Source: Hydrolagus colliei (Eukaryota). From it: a stretch of DNA of 64,000 bases. Shown here piece by piece: positions 12,314 through 26,090 of this stretch. A program made the position numbers and the translations under genes. The notes below the pieces were generated by a model. That model did no database searches, was not told where the DNA came from, and was given only the letters and a program-made list of their open reading frames with translations. The stretch spans positions 48,484,001 to 48,548,000 of the forward strand of contig CM068745.1 in assembly GCA_035084275.1 (NCBI GenBank). Reading direction: 5' to 3'. Numbering within the stretch: position 1 is the first letter of the stretch; each line of letters begins with the position of its first letter.

Positions 12314-12681
12314 AGACTATAAACTTAATGTCCCCACAAGTGACTTGAACCCAAAGCCATCTGATTCAGAAGCAGGTGATAACAAAACTTGGTGGATACC
12401 AAGCTCTGGATATAAGATCCTCGCAATTGCAGCTGTCACCTAAAGACTCAGACTTGCCACATCAGCTAATTGATGGATATCTGGCTTCAGGATGGTAGTA
12501 AAAACTCTATGGGACAGCTTGTGATGTGCCGTGCGCCTTGATGTTCTAGCGTTCCAAATCTAATGCCACGAGATTTACTCTATACTAATTGCATAATGCA
12601 ATTTCTCTTGTGAGCTGCTTTGGCAAATACATCTTCATCTAAACAGTCTCCCTGCAGCTACTTCACTTTTTTTTTTACCAG

Positions 12682-12684
12682 ATG
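12682..12684 (+). other. Candidate 3-nt (ATG) microexon, or end of an ATG-terminal exon
   Basis: cttcac(t)10accAG|ATG|GTGAGT in non-repetitive DNA. Confidence 0.35.
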
Positions 12685-12869
12685 GTGAGTACAAATCATG
12701 AGATCCCTAGATGAGACTGCAAATTATATTATTTACAAACAGAAACCCACTTGAATTCTGTCAGAAATAAGCCATTCCTGAAATTCTGTCAGAATTAAGC
12801 CACTCCGTTGTTGACTGAGTTTTTGCTCATTATACCTGAGCATGCTGTGTGGGAGAATTATACAAAACA

Positions 12870-13250
12870 AATAGGATGCTGGACTTGATTTTCAAATCTC
12901 TGGAAAGCACGCTCAAATTGTATAATCCTTTGCAGAGTTGCTCTTGGAATTCAGCACAAAGGTTTGGTCACCTCAAGATAAGGGAAGGCTCTGACACTAA
13001 AGGTAGTGGAGGAGTGTAATGAGGCACATCCTTGATGATGAGGGACGAGCTATGAGGAATATCTAAATCAGGAGCCTCCAATCGGTTGATCTAGATGTTG
13101 TCTCGCACATGCTGAATAAAACAAGAGGAAGGAAAAATAATCAGCCACAATAAGGCACTGAGAACCAGAGTAATGAAAATTGACGTTGTGAAGGACAAGT
13201 TTAAAACTGAAACTAGGAATTATTGAGATGTGTGCTGTAGAGTATGGAGT
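12870..13250 (+). mobile_element. Highly decayed CR1 3' fragment
   Basis: ttggaattcagcacaaaggtttggtcacctc and gagctatgaggaa...agaaccagagtaatg resemble the CR1 ORF2 end and 3' UTR. Confidence 0.5.
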
Positions 13251-14516
13251 TCTTAATATTCATATAGGAATTCATAGGCTTTGCATGTCAATGTCCTAAT
13301 TGTCAGCAACATTTAGGGAGATAGCTGTTCATGCTATCTAAATGATCCCTAAGAGCAATTTATATTAAAAATCATTTTGTAGCAATTCAAACTCGAGCTT
13401 GATACATTATCGCATCAGCATACATCTTGATCAGGCATCTGTGTACAAATTTACAGTGCAAATTGTATTATTGCTAAAATTCTTACTGCAAAAAGGTCGT
13501 ATAGGCCAATATTAGAAAATTATTGAGTTTATTTCCCTAATTCAATTATTCATATTTCTAATGTCAAACATTCTCCTGTGAGCTGAGATTTTCTTTTTCT
13601 TTCTCTCCTCTGTTTTTAATCACATTGAGGAAAAAATGTGACAAAGTCAAAATCTCATCACCTGAAAATCCATACAGTTCCTTAATTAACAGCAATTAGT
13701 TAAGTGCACAAATTGGCTGCATTGTTTGCTTATAAATATACAAGTCACTACACTTCACAATAAATCTTATAAAGTGCTTTGGAATATTTCAATGACGAGA
13801 AATAGCATAATATCAAATGCCTGATGTCTGGATTATCATCAAAGGATATGTGTTCTGAAATACCTCCCTTCCACACACACACACCACCACCACCAGCAGT
13901 ACCCTACTTTCTGAATAATGATAGCGCTGGAAACTTTGTTAACCGCTATCTTGGATTCTCACTTAGCAAAACTGTTCTTTCAAAGTGGAAACAGCCTTTC
14001 AGTGCTAGGTTACATGGCAGCAATTTATTCAAGTTGGTATCCTGCAATAAAGCAAGTGTACATTCCATTCAAGACCACAATCTGAGATTCAAGACTTTAA
14101 TGACCGCTCCTTTACCAATTATCAAGAATTTAGATATTTATAGTTCCTGTTGCTGTTTTGCTTGACTTAGCGTGGTAGACTCACTCCTTTTTTTTAATTC
14201 AGCTGTAAGGTTTGTCAGACCCGCAGCTTACTCAATATAGGTTGATACAAAGATTCAAAGATAACAACAACATAAGGTCTTTATTTGCACACAAGAAGCA
14301 ACATGTTGATTCATGTTGATATATTATCACATCAGGAATACTCACCTAATGTTTCCTCCCATTGTGATTTATCTCCTTTGTACAGTACAGTACCTTGTTT
14401 TTGAAAGTGGTCAGACGGATAAAGCACTGGAGGTCTGAGGAATGGCATTTTTAACATCTTAATCATTTCAAATCAATGCTTGATGACATTAATATTAATC
14501 CTTGCATTTAATATAA

Positions 14517-15050
14517 CAACAAACAACAACAACAAAATTATACAGATCAGGAGGGCATTCCAAGGTGCTGGACTGTTATTGCTTCAGACTTGAGCTGGGA
14601 TCGGGGAAGGGGAGGATGGAGGGAAAGAACAAAATTTGTGGTGGCCGATAGAACCGTCAAAGTGGAGGGACTTGAAGAGGGCCAGGGAGGAGGCAAGACA
14701 GAGGGACTGTGGGATGGAGTTCCAGAGGTTGGGGGCAGAGTGCATGAAGGCCAATAGTGGAGCAAGTGGGTTGAGGGACATGGAGCAAGCCGGATGTTAA
14801 GTCTCATCCAGGACTTGATGTCTGAAAGACAATCTGTCAGACAGTAGTAGTTCTGGAGTTGAGGGTAGAGGCAGGAAGATAGAGTTGGGTGTCATCCATG
14901 TACATGTGGAAGTTAACCGCATGTCTGCAAATGATGTCAACAAGCAGCAGCAGGTAGATGTTAAAAAGTAGGGGGCCAAGGACAGACCCCTGGAGGACAC
15001 CACAGATGACAGAGCGGGGTCTGGAAGAGAAGCCATTGGCTGCAACAAAA
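14517..15050 (-). mobile_element. Decayed L2 (internally deleted RT plus 3' end), with a second tail-only insert at about 15057-15125
   Basis: Minus-strand PQGSVLGP-like and MDDTQL-like sequence; SAPNLWNSIPQSLCLASSL; (CAA)n tail. Confidence 0.88.
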
Positions 15051-17557
15051 TGGAGACAACAACAACAAAATTACACTTATAGAGCGCCTTTCATGTCAGG
15101 AAGACGTTCCATCCGAAGGCATTGTGATACTAATCTGAAGACAGGCTCAGAGATTTTGAGTAAATAAATAACATTACTTTCATATATTGTACAACAGTTT
15201 ATTTTGTTTTTTCTAAAATAGAATCACGGCAAGTTTGAGGTGAACCTCACTGGATTGGACATTGTTATCATGCTCATTGGTTTCAATTACTTTGTTAATG
15301 GGACAAGATTCCACACTTCAAAGGAAAGAGCCAGTATTCAATTACGAAAATATATTTGAAATCCAGTACTTAATTTTGTATGTCTCAACTCTATTTGCCA
15401 TTCCACTGATATATTACATGTACTTATATTGCCACATTGCTTGTACTGTTCCTGTCATTTCACCAGTGATCCATTTCTGACACTGACAGTACTCGAGAAA
15501 TTCTGAATTTATGATGCAGCATAATTTGTATGAGACACAGCAGCTGTAAAACTGATTGTCTGCACTGTGTATTTTACTTGTAAAGTCCTTTGAAGTTCTT
15601 GTTAAGTTCCCCTAAGCCAAATCACGCTGTGGCTCGAACAACTGTTCCATTATTGCTTCATTATTGTCAACTCACTGTTTTAGAGTAGTTAATAGATGCA
15701 CAACCAATGATTCACTTGAAGTCAATCAACTTTAATTTGTGTAAGTGATGAAAAATAGCATTTATTCACTGTGTCAAAAGTTTCCACAAGGTATAACGAT
15801 ATACAAAGAATATAAAAAATGATATTAGGAGTCAAAATGTTGCTTGTCAATCTGACTGAATTCAGAATTCATGTAATATTAAACCATATGTTAACACATT
15901 ATACAAAAGCCAGTGGAAACATTTCTGGGATTCAGTTGGCATTTAACAAGTCCTTTACTAAAAGATATCACAAAAATGTGTATTTTTGTGATATCAGCCT
16001 TTTGTATTTGGTGGACATTTAAAAATAGTTTTTTGTACATTTGTAACATAATGATTTAAAGCAGAATGTGAAGGCACAATTTAATGTGTAAACCTCTCCG
16101 GTACAAAATACCTGGAAATGTTTTGCAGCAATTTATTTGAATTAGTAAATCCTTTGTTTCTATTGTTCCTGTCTCAATATTTAAACCAACAATTGATAAT
16201 CCTCATCTTTTCTATATTTTTTTCTGTGTAAAATACTTCTGGAGTATAAGCACAAGTACAATGCAGGTAAGTTATAATGCACTTCTTTATAAGACCACAT
16301 TTTATCTCAGAAGGGAAACATCTAAAATGCTAATGTAAGATTTTACATTTCTGACAGTTAGTTGTCTGAGTGCCTGCTTACTTAATGCAATATGTATAAA
16401 ATACTGGAATATTTGTGTTGTGGTTACATGGGACAAGGTTTTGGACAGACTAACATTACATCAAACAGACCATACATATTGTAGCTTGAAAGCGGGGAGG
16501 CTATCATTCCACAAGTTTAAACTGGTCTCAGCAAGTGAAGGCTAGTTCGTTTATTCGATGCATTTGGAGCTATTGTCTTCTGCAATGGAGACCATTTTTA
16601 ATTTTTTTAAATTCACTAAAGCGTTAGTAAAATGCAAACAATATGCTTCAGCCACTTTTGAATTTCAAATATTATTTTGTTTTTCCCTCCAGATGTTAGT
16701 TAAGTGTGTGGCAGTGCAAATGATTTGTTAACTGATTATTCCTCTTCCAGTCCGCTTGAGCACCCAAGCCACTGACCTGAAATTGACAGCAATCAGACTG
16801 AGATACCAGATTACAAATCATTGACTGTTTACACTGCAGCGACTCTCATCTCATCACACTGAAACGCACTAGTGAAATGATGGTTCTTCATGCTGGAATG
16901 AGTTTATGGTGCACAATTTGTACCAATTTACAATGTGCAGATTGATGCAGATATTATTCTTTCTGGCAGCTTCCTAATATTGTAAATGAGGTCCCAGAAA
17001 CAATTACATTGATAAGTCTAATGAAAGACTTCAAAGATTTCAAACCTATCAGTGATCTGAATTGTCTGCAAGTGCTGGCTACATAATCAGCTGTCAGTTA
17101 CATTCACAGAATAGCTTGTCTCATATTGATCAAAGGGCTAAATCTCATCATAGATGCAAGTGTTACAGTGGTACCAACCTACAGAGAATGATAGTGCTTC
17201 GAGTCACTACCCTGCGTGTATTATTTGGCAACATGCCGCAATGAAGTGATATAACAGACCATTTGCTTCTATTTTCTACACACTTTAACTTCCGTGCAAG
17301 AATTTGTGTGTGGGTGTTGAGGGGGTTTATTCATAACTGCATGACGTAATTTTCTCCCTACAACAGAAACAAAAACAAGGTTTGTTATTGAAAAAAATGT
17401 CATGTGCAGGTGAGTGTTTTTTATAGCTCGATTTTTGTACTGTATTCAAAAATATCTGTATTTCTCTAGAGTATTTTGTGGCTCTGTAGTTTGCAACAAA
17501 AGTAGCATATTAAACATATGATTATCTTATCTTCAATACATTTTCTGACCTTGGTTG

Positions 17558-17665
17558 ATAATAATAATAATCCTTTCGTTTGTTATATAGCTTTTCACGT
17601 CTTCTAGACATCTCAAAGCGCTTCACGGAATATACTGTAAAGTGAATTGCCTGTATATATGCGAT
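17558..17665 (-). mobile_element. SINE 3' fragment
   Basis: (TAA)n followed by tatatagcttttcacgtcttctagacatctcaaagcgcttcac. Confidence 0.85.
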
Positions 17666-17834
17666 TAATACATATTATTCTTTGGTGGTTGTTAGATTTA
17701 CTGTCATTGACATGTTTGTGTGTCAGCAATGACAACAAACCTGCTGAAGGTCAATAAACAGACTGATGGCTAGAAAACTATCCTTAGAAATTCAAAAAAT
17801 GTGTTTGGCAATTTGCAGATAGTTTATTATGTAA

Positions 17835-18165
17835 TTGCACTGTGGTACTGACCCATACAAATCTGGAAAGTTCCTTGTTCAATCTCCACTGTGTGCTGAG
17901 ATAGCTGATCTCAGCTGGAGTGGCAGCAAGGGGACTATCTCTAACCGTCTTGAGCATATGAGGCAGTTCAGGTAAAACGCAGCAAAACGAGACAATTGCT
18001 TGGAAATGCCCAGGTCCTGATATTGAGCAAAGACAGTCTCAGAGCTGTCTGTGATGTTCATTATAGACCATAGGCTGTCGACATACACTGGCTAGTCTCA
18101 AAAATAGAAGAATGCTGCTGATGTTTCTAAAACTACAACCCAGTTTGAGGTAGTGCCTCCAGCAG
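17835..18165 (+). mobile_element. Ancient SINE, LF-SINE-like
   Basis: tgtggtactgacccatac...gttcaatc...ctgtgtgctgagatagctgatctcagctgg...gacatacactggctagtctca..gaagaatg resembles chondrichthyan LF-SINE-related repeats (recalled, not aligned). Confidence 0.45.
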
Positions 18166-20489
18166 AACATATTCATAAAAAACCTATCTATTAAATATTA
18201 TATGATGCCTATTAATATAGACCCCAATGCTTTGTTGTGATTTACACTGTATCCTATTGTATATAGAGGTGAGGAACAAAGTGACTCCATTGATATTCCT
18301 GTTACTCTTAAACAGAATGAATAAAGTCTCCATAAAATTCTTACATAAATCCAAGGAAAGTGAAGGAAAATTGTCCTATGTACTAAGAGTCACTTGGGGC
18401 CTAATTAAATGTTTCTTGGGTTTCCTACTAAATTGTGTTGACAGTATTGTTCTCTTTTCTAGTGATAAGTTACTATCAAAAACAAGTTTAGCCATCAAGT
18501 CTTCATAATTGGTTTTAACTAGTTAAACAACGAGGAAATGAGACACTTAACACCTAGACCATGTGTTATGGTAAGGGTAATAACTCACAGTTATTATATC
18601 CTTGGAGACAGAAAAGATTGTGGAAGCTTTGGGTCATATTGGCAGGCCATTCCTAAATTCCTTAAAGCTATAAAATATTAAAAAAGGTTGAAACATTGTA
18701 AACCAGAAATAGACTACAGCGGTATGAAGAAAAAGAAAGTACCGGTACTGTAAACGAGATTGAAAGGAGAATACTATTAATAATCATCATCCTTGCATTT
18801 GATTTTGCGCTTTCCACATCTTATTGGATTGCTCTTTTAAAGGACTGTTACAAGCACAATAGATCAAACTACATTGTTTGGTGCTCTAAATGTCTATGGT
18901 TCACTCTATGTGATGTATGCTATAAAAATGCAGATAATTGTGATTATTTTAGCAATAAAGATTTTGCCAGTTGACTCCCCTCCTTAAAGTGCTTAATTCC
19001 CCCATACTATGTTCCAATGATTCCTGGAGTGGACAACAAATTCTGCTTGGATAAAATATAAACTCTGATTACAATATAAACTCTACTTAAATGCTGTTTA
19101 CACTATGAATTAAAATGCAATTGACGTCAATGTATACATTCCATTGAATTTGACTCACGTTTAGCATTTACTGCACAGTATGGGACACCTCTGAGGCACA
19201 ACAACACAGTTACATTTTTAGAGTGTTTTTCACGTCGGGACGAGTGTTGAATCGAGACAAGTGTCTTGATTCGAGCCTTCTGGCAGGAGCTGGCATTAAA
19301 CTCAGTTTAAAATGGAGTATTAGTAGTATGGAGTTGTCTATCAACTGAGTTGTTAAACCTCACTCCTTTCTGCCTGTTTGGTGGTTAAAGATTATATGGT
19401 ATTATTTCAATAAAAAATAGCTGGTTCCCAGATCCTGGCTAAATCTTTCCTTCATCCAGATAATAGGCAATGTGTGGTTATTCATGTAATTTATTTGGTT
19501 AGAAGAATTGTATTTATCTAACCACAAACAATTTTGTTTGATTTAATATTTTGAAATGCTATCAAATCAAATACATGTATGCATGTATGAAAATGCTGGA
19601 AATAAATGGATGTAAACAATAACTGTATCCATTGTGATTTCAACCTCAATCAATGTGTTGTTGCCTGTATACTTGGAAATGGAATTATGTAATCCAAACC
19701 GGCACTCATACCTTACCGTTGCACTCACTCATTTGTTGAAGTACATAATATTCACAGGTAATATTTTAGGTCACAAAACGGTAGCTGTAGCATAGTAAAT
19801 ATATTGAAAAACAACTCTTCTTTAAATCTAAGATGATATTTTGTCCAAAATATTTTATATTAATATTCTACCTTCAGAAATACTTGGATTGTCTACGGTG
19901 ATAATAAAATTAACTAACTGATTTGACCCAACCATTGTTTTGTTTGTTTATTTGTTAATTTATTAAGGAATTATGTAACTCTGTAAGAATGTTAGTTCTA
20001 GATATGTTATCCCAAACCAATCATATTTTAAGGAGACTATGAAGGTACAAAATGAAGAATAACAATAATAATTCTTGCGTTTCATATAGCACTTTTCACA
20101 TCTTCTAAATGTCTCAAAGCACTTGATACTGTAGTATGAATTAAGATAACATTGGAATTATTGTCAATCACAAAATACAAACGGGTTTCTATCTCTGCCC
20201 TAACATATTAGAGGTGTTGTAAACCTAGACGTTCAGTATCTGTTTCAAGTTAATAAACCAAATACATTTGTGGTAACAGATAGGACACTGCATTTGGTAT
20301 GAACAAATTATATTTCAACAGAAATTATTTCATTTAAAAAATATTTTGCCAGACATACAATGGGCTGAAATTCTATAAAAATAATAAAGAAGTTTGCTGG
20401 GTACATCTGCAAACACCATGATTTTCTATAATAATTTAGGGAGAAAATTCTATCTGTTCCAGTACCATGAAAATGATGGAAAACCAGCC

Positions 20490-21260
20490 AATAACAACAA
20501 CTTATATAGCACATATATAGCATCTCAGAGTGCTTAATAATACTGAAGCCTGGGTCTGAGCCATGGCGGGACGTGACTGTAACCAGAGTTGAAAAGGAAG
20601 GTTTCAAGGTGGAACTTCAACAATGGAGATGAGGCATGGTAAAGGTATTGAGATAGAGTATCAAAATGTTGGTGCATAGACCTGAACGTGCGACTAATAG
20701 TGGGGCGATTGGGTGCAAGGATTGAGCAGGAGGCTGTTTCCAGTCAAGCAGAAGCACCAGCTTGTGGATTGGGAAGGTAGGGATGTCCTGGGTAGTGAAG
20801 CGATTTGAACATAAGTGTGATGATCTTGAAGTCAATTGTTTCAGTGATGGGGAGCCAGTGGTGCCTGGCCAGATCTCGTGAGATGGAGGTATGGAGTTTG
20901 GTCGACATAAGTATGGGGGCAGCAGAGTTCTGAATAAATTGTAGTCCAGGCTGAAAGTGACGAATGCATGCACAGAGATTTCGGATGCATTTGGGGTAAG
21001 GTACGATCAGAGGCAGGCAATGTGGCAGAGGTGGAGGAAGGGGGTCCTGGTCAGGGACCAGATATGGAGGAGGAAGGATAGCTGAGGGTTGATCCGGCTG
21101 CATAGATTGCACACTGGTTCGGTAAGTTTGAGGGAGTGCCTTGGGAGGTTGAGGAGTTTAGATCCGCAGGAGTGAAGAGTTACAAGAATAAAAGAGTATG
21201 GCTTCCCTTTCATCCACGTTCAGCTGCACAAAGTTTGTACTCATCGATATTGGAGGAAGC
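20490..21260 (-). mobile_element. Decayed L2 LINE 3' part
   Basis: Minus-strand HAFVTFSLDY and LARHHWLPITETIDFKIITLMFKSLH; (CAA)n tail at about 20490. Confidence 0.85.
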
Positions 21261-21769
21261 AAAGTAGTCACGTACTTTAGATAGCTGATTGGTATCTAAA
21301 CCTCTTCCAACTCCACTTAAGCAGCACAAAAGATAACACACCTGTGCTGCAAATTAAATAGAAATTTCTAATATTTTATTAAACAGAAACTCTCGTTAAT
21401 GGGAAATATATACATGTCTTTGTTTTTGGGAAAACAAACGTGCGACTTCCCTAATGTGAACATTTATGTAGTGTTAGATGCATTCGTTTAGCATTCATTA
21501 TATATTCACAATTCACAGAAAACTTCTCTTAGGCTACAGTATTCAAGTAAAAGGATTCAAGGCAATATACAATACCAGATTCTGCCTTATCATCAGGTCT
21601 TTGACAGTATTCTTGCCAGTATGTATTCTGATATAAATCTAAATGTTACTACCATCATGTGTGAATCTCGTTTAATATTTTGCAGCTGAGGTGAGCACAG
21701 TTATAGCAGATTGACTCAGTATAATTACATCAATAAATATTGATTAAGCTTCCTCTTTATAATAAAATA

Positions 21770-22160
21770 ATAATAACCCTTACAGTTGATATGCTTCCTT
21801 ATAAGGTTGCCATCTCAAAATACTTCACATTAATGCTGTAATGTGGTGTGATGTGTGTATTTTGTGGGCGAATGTGGCGGCCAATTTTTGCACAGCAATA
21901 TCCCACAGAGTGAGTGACTAACTGTATTTGACATATTTTTGTCCGGGAAAACAGGATAAACTCCCTTGGAATCTTTAACACCGATCTGAATCAACATCCC
22001 ATCTGAAGCACTATATTTCTGACAATGCAGCATGCTCCTGGCAAAGCACTGCCTTGGAGTGTAAACATAAACTGTGTGGGTTCCTTGTCTCAATATGCGG
22101 CTTGAACCCGTTACCTTCAGTCTCAGAGGTTGGCTCAGAGCGCTACTAACTGTGTCAGGC
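21770..22160 (-). mobile_element. Older Deu-type SINE
   Basis: tggcggccaatttttgcacagcaatatcccaca (Deu block, reverse) and cttgaacccgttaccttcagtctcagagg...cgctactaactg (tRNA head, reverse). Confidence 0.7.
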
Positions 22161-23269
22161 CCTGCTCACCACCTTGCTCCCACAGCCCCACTCCCAGCTT
22201 GAGCGCTAACCCTAGACTGTTCAAAGCCTTTGAGGTCCTCCTGACGTGAAAGGTACTATATAAATGGAAATTTGTATTCCATTATCACACCTAACAAACT
22301 AAAATATAGCCAAATCTCTCATTTTAGAATGATTCTAAGTAAGTTACATCACAAATATCATAGTAAAGTTCATTCAATTGTTACTACAGTATTTGTTATT
22401 TATTAGAATACTTCAGCTATGTATACATATGGAGCTAAGTAACTCTCCTGGACTATAGACATTTACAAAATCTTAACTTCCAATGGATTTGTCTCTTTTG
22501 CCCATATGGTATTCATCACTTTTAGTTAATTTAATATTTTAGAAAACTTTGATGCAAGCAATGTAACTGTATTGAGAGCCACAGATCCATTGAGAGAAGG
22601 TTTGCAATTGCGAAGAATATAGATTTCATAGTTTTGCATATGATCACAACTGCTGTTGGTTACTACATGTCCTTTGCCAGGCCTTTTGTAACATCACATA
22701 TCCATTCCAGTGATTTTGGAGAATTTATATGGGAAATAGAAACCCAAGTACTGTTCTCTTTATTGTGTGGGGAAACAGAACTAGAAACAAAAGTCATTTT
22801 TAACTGATAGAGCATCACCTGGAAGATTTAATCGAATTTCTTGAGTGGCAAAAAACTAGAAATGTAAACAACATTTATTTTCTGCTGAAAAGCTACTGAG
22901 AACATAACAAATAGAATATGCCATGGATAGTCATGTAATATGATAAATATCTCTGCTCATGAATAAAACACAATTCTTCGGTTATGTGACTCCATCTTAC
23001 ACAAGCAATTTGCTTTAGCTCAGCGGAAGAGTTATTTATTATACGCTGGTCATGAGGATATACATTCTCAAGAACACCTCTGTAGCATTTGTGGACTGAT
23101 ATTTCTGCAGCACAAAAGTCATCAATTCCACATGAAGCAATGTAAGGCGTTTGTAATGCATGTGAATTCAATGACAAGAACAGAAGCAAAGTATTTACTT
23201 GGTGTACAATTCTGATACATAGTTGCAGAGGGTATTAGTTTGCACTTTATCTGAAATCCTAAAATACAA

Positions 23270-23820
23270 ATTAACAACAGTTTGCATTTGAATAGCCACT
23301 TGAACAGTCATTTACAAAGAGATTGAATAAATTTAATGTTTGAGATGGATGGGGAGGGTCAGGGAAAATAGGAAAAAGGTGGCCAAAGATGTTGTCAAAG
23401 AGCTGAGGTTTCAAATGGATCAAGGTAGAGGGATTTCTAAAGCCAGACGTTCGGAAGAAAGTAGCTGAATACTCAAAGTGGAACAGGCAAAGGGCATTTA
23501 GCAGGCTGTGGTTGATGGAGTTGATGGAATGGCAGTGGAAGAGGTCATGGGAGATTAATAGTGGGCTAGATCAAGATCATGAAAACATTTGAATGTTTGG
23601 AGAATTATCTTGAAGTTGACACATTAGGAAAGTCAACCAGTCAAGCGAAGTGATGGAGGGGAACTGAAAAATTATTGAAGAAGCCCAATACAAGAGACGA
23701 TGGGCCTGCAGACCTCCAGACGATCTGGAGCTTGTGGAGGGAGAAGATGGGAGGCCACCTGCGGAAAACATTATAAGAGTCAAGTCTGAAAGTGATAAAG
23801 GTATAGATGAGGGATCGAGC
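23270..23820 (-). mobile_element. Highly decayed L2 fragment
   Basis: Minus-strand SLIYTFITFRLDSYN and SLHKLQIV. Confidence 0.6.
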
Positions 23821-25174
23821 CCTTACAAAAGCATAAGTGTAATGACCAATTAATTTGTTGGATTGTAAATCAGAACTGTGGGAAAATCTCCCTTCTCTTC
23901 TCAAATTGTTATCTTTTTAGTATCTTTACTATCCTTCTAAACAAGCATATGGGAGCTCCATTTTGCACCTCATTTGAAGGAACACACCTATGAGAATGCA
24001 GTGCTCCCCTCCCCCATACACGCTGGAGTGTCAAACCATGCCACTCCAGAATAAACCCCGACATTAAGCAACCTACTGACATGGACTGAAGAGTGCACTG
24101 AGCCAACCAAATAGCAAGTTTTATATTGTACTACAAATCCTTAAAAATCAACTAAAAATTCCAGGCAAGTGCATAAGTCAGAAAGAGAGTTGCCATCGAA
24201 TTCAGTACTGTATATTGAAACTATCACAATCAAGAAGTCCAGCTACTGATTTTTTTTAAGGTGCAGCCCATAGAGAGGAATGTTATTGAGGCAACACTCA
24301 CCTTCGAAACCAGTTAAACAAGTTTTTTTTAGACTTGAAGCGATTATGTCTCAATATGTTTATCTTGTAGTGAAATAAACCTACTGTATAAATAAAATCT
24401 AATGTTTATCTGGCTCTAATCATGTGCGTGTGAATAAAAAACATGTGCGTAAGGGGAATTTTAATTTACATCTAAGTTACACCCAAACATAAAACATATC
24501 TATCTTTCTTATCTGTTATTGTTTTTCACTTACAAATTTGTGACAGTTGTGCCCGATCAGTATTATGGAAAGGGAGTATGAACTCCGACTTCCAAAATGC
24601 TCCCAATGGCTACGTGATCTAGTGTCTGCACACTTCATGCATTGTCATTCCTGACCTGTAACAGATTCAGACTTTAATACTAAAAATATAGTTATGATGT
24701 GCGAAATGCCAGAGACAAATTAATCATAGACTTTCTGAAGGCTGTATTGTGGTCTGCCACCTGTGATGAGATGGTTTTGAACCTTGCTTTTATAGTGTGA
24801 AATGAGCTTCCTAACAATTATTGGTGGAGTAAAAGTTACATTTCAAGCACACCTCCTGAGGATTTGCAATTGGATTTGTGAATCATGTCAGAAGATATGC
24901 TGATCAGAAAGGAATTACACAGGAAGACAGCGGTAACAGAAAGACAGTGGTCAAATATACAGTTTAAAGATAAAATGTCCTAAAGTGTCAAATAGAATTT
25001 ATCCAGATATGCTGAGGGCTGAAGGCATCTGACCATGTAGCTGGGTCACGCATTCAACTTTTGACCCATGGCACATGGCTTTTGACAGCTGGATAGAGTG
25101 TTAGTGGCTTTACAATGAGGTTTTCAGTGAGTAAAAATTCAGTCTGCTACCTGGTAGTCAAAAATATGCATTGG

Positions 25175-26090
25175 AACAACAACCACAAAATGTCTTTTGT
25201 ATAGTACCTGTCACATCCCAAGGTTCTGGAAAATGAGTGGGCACACAATAGATCAATTGTAAGGAGGAACTGCGGTCAGAATTGGAGAGGGTGGAGGGAA
25301 GGGGAAAAGGGGATGGTGATCGATGGCATGGATTGAGATGGAGGGTTTTAAACGTTATCTCAATGTCCTCCCTACATTATAGGCACTGCATAAATGTTGT
25401 TTTGTTGCTATTGTTGTTGTTAAAGTGGGACCTGAAGCTGGCTAGGGAGTGGGCGAGGTGGATGGATTGCAGGATGAAATTCCAAATGTTGGGGGCAAAG
25501 TGGATGAAGGTTTGCCTGCTGATGGTGGGGCGGGTGGAGCGAGGGCCATGTGGCAGGCTGGAGCCTGCTGAGTGGAGGAAATGAATGGGATGTTAGGAGG
25601 TCGCAGAGGTGTGTTGGGGAGGGGTAGGGGGCAAGGCCATAGAGGGCTTTGAAGGTGAGGACCAGGATCTTATGGTGCTATAAAAGTGTAATGTTGTTGT
25701 TGCATTGAATACTCTGTGTGTTGGGAAGCCAGTGGAGTCAGGCATGGATGGGGTGATAGGTTTGCAGAGCCTGGTGTGAGAGATGACACCGGCTGCAGAG
25801 TTCTAGATAATCTGCAACCTATGGAGGAAGGAACTGAGGAGGCCGACAAGTAGGGCATTGGCATAATTGAGCCTGGAGGTAATGAAGGCATGAATAAGAG
25901 TTTCAGAGGTCTGTAGGGCGAGGTAATGGCAGAGTTGGGCAACGTTGCGGAGGTGAGGGAAGGCAGAGTGGGTCATAGCATGTTTGTGGGAGAGAAAAAA
26001 CAGTTGAGGATTGAACAAGACACCTAAGTTCCTGACTAGCTTGGTGAAGTTAAATGCATGACCTTAAATCACTAGGAACACCACTGAGGT
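25175..26090 (-). mobile_element. Decayed L2 3' part carrying nested + strand tail-only inserts (about 25365-25420 and 25672-25700)
   Basis: Minus-strand HLRNVAQL and ETLIHAFITSRLNYANALLVGL. Confidence 0.88.

Noticed and set aside
14341-14436. Possible minus-strand exon (cag...TAG|GTGAGT); similar case at about 28364-28412
   Set aside because: Weak acceptors and unrecognised peptides; such signals are expected by chance in 64 kb.
22893-23189. 98-aa minus-strand ORF in unique DNA
   Set aside because: No recognisable domain and no convincing splice boundaries.
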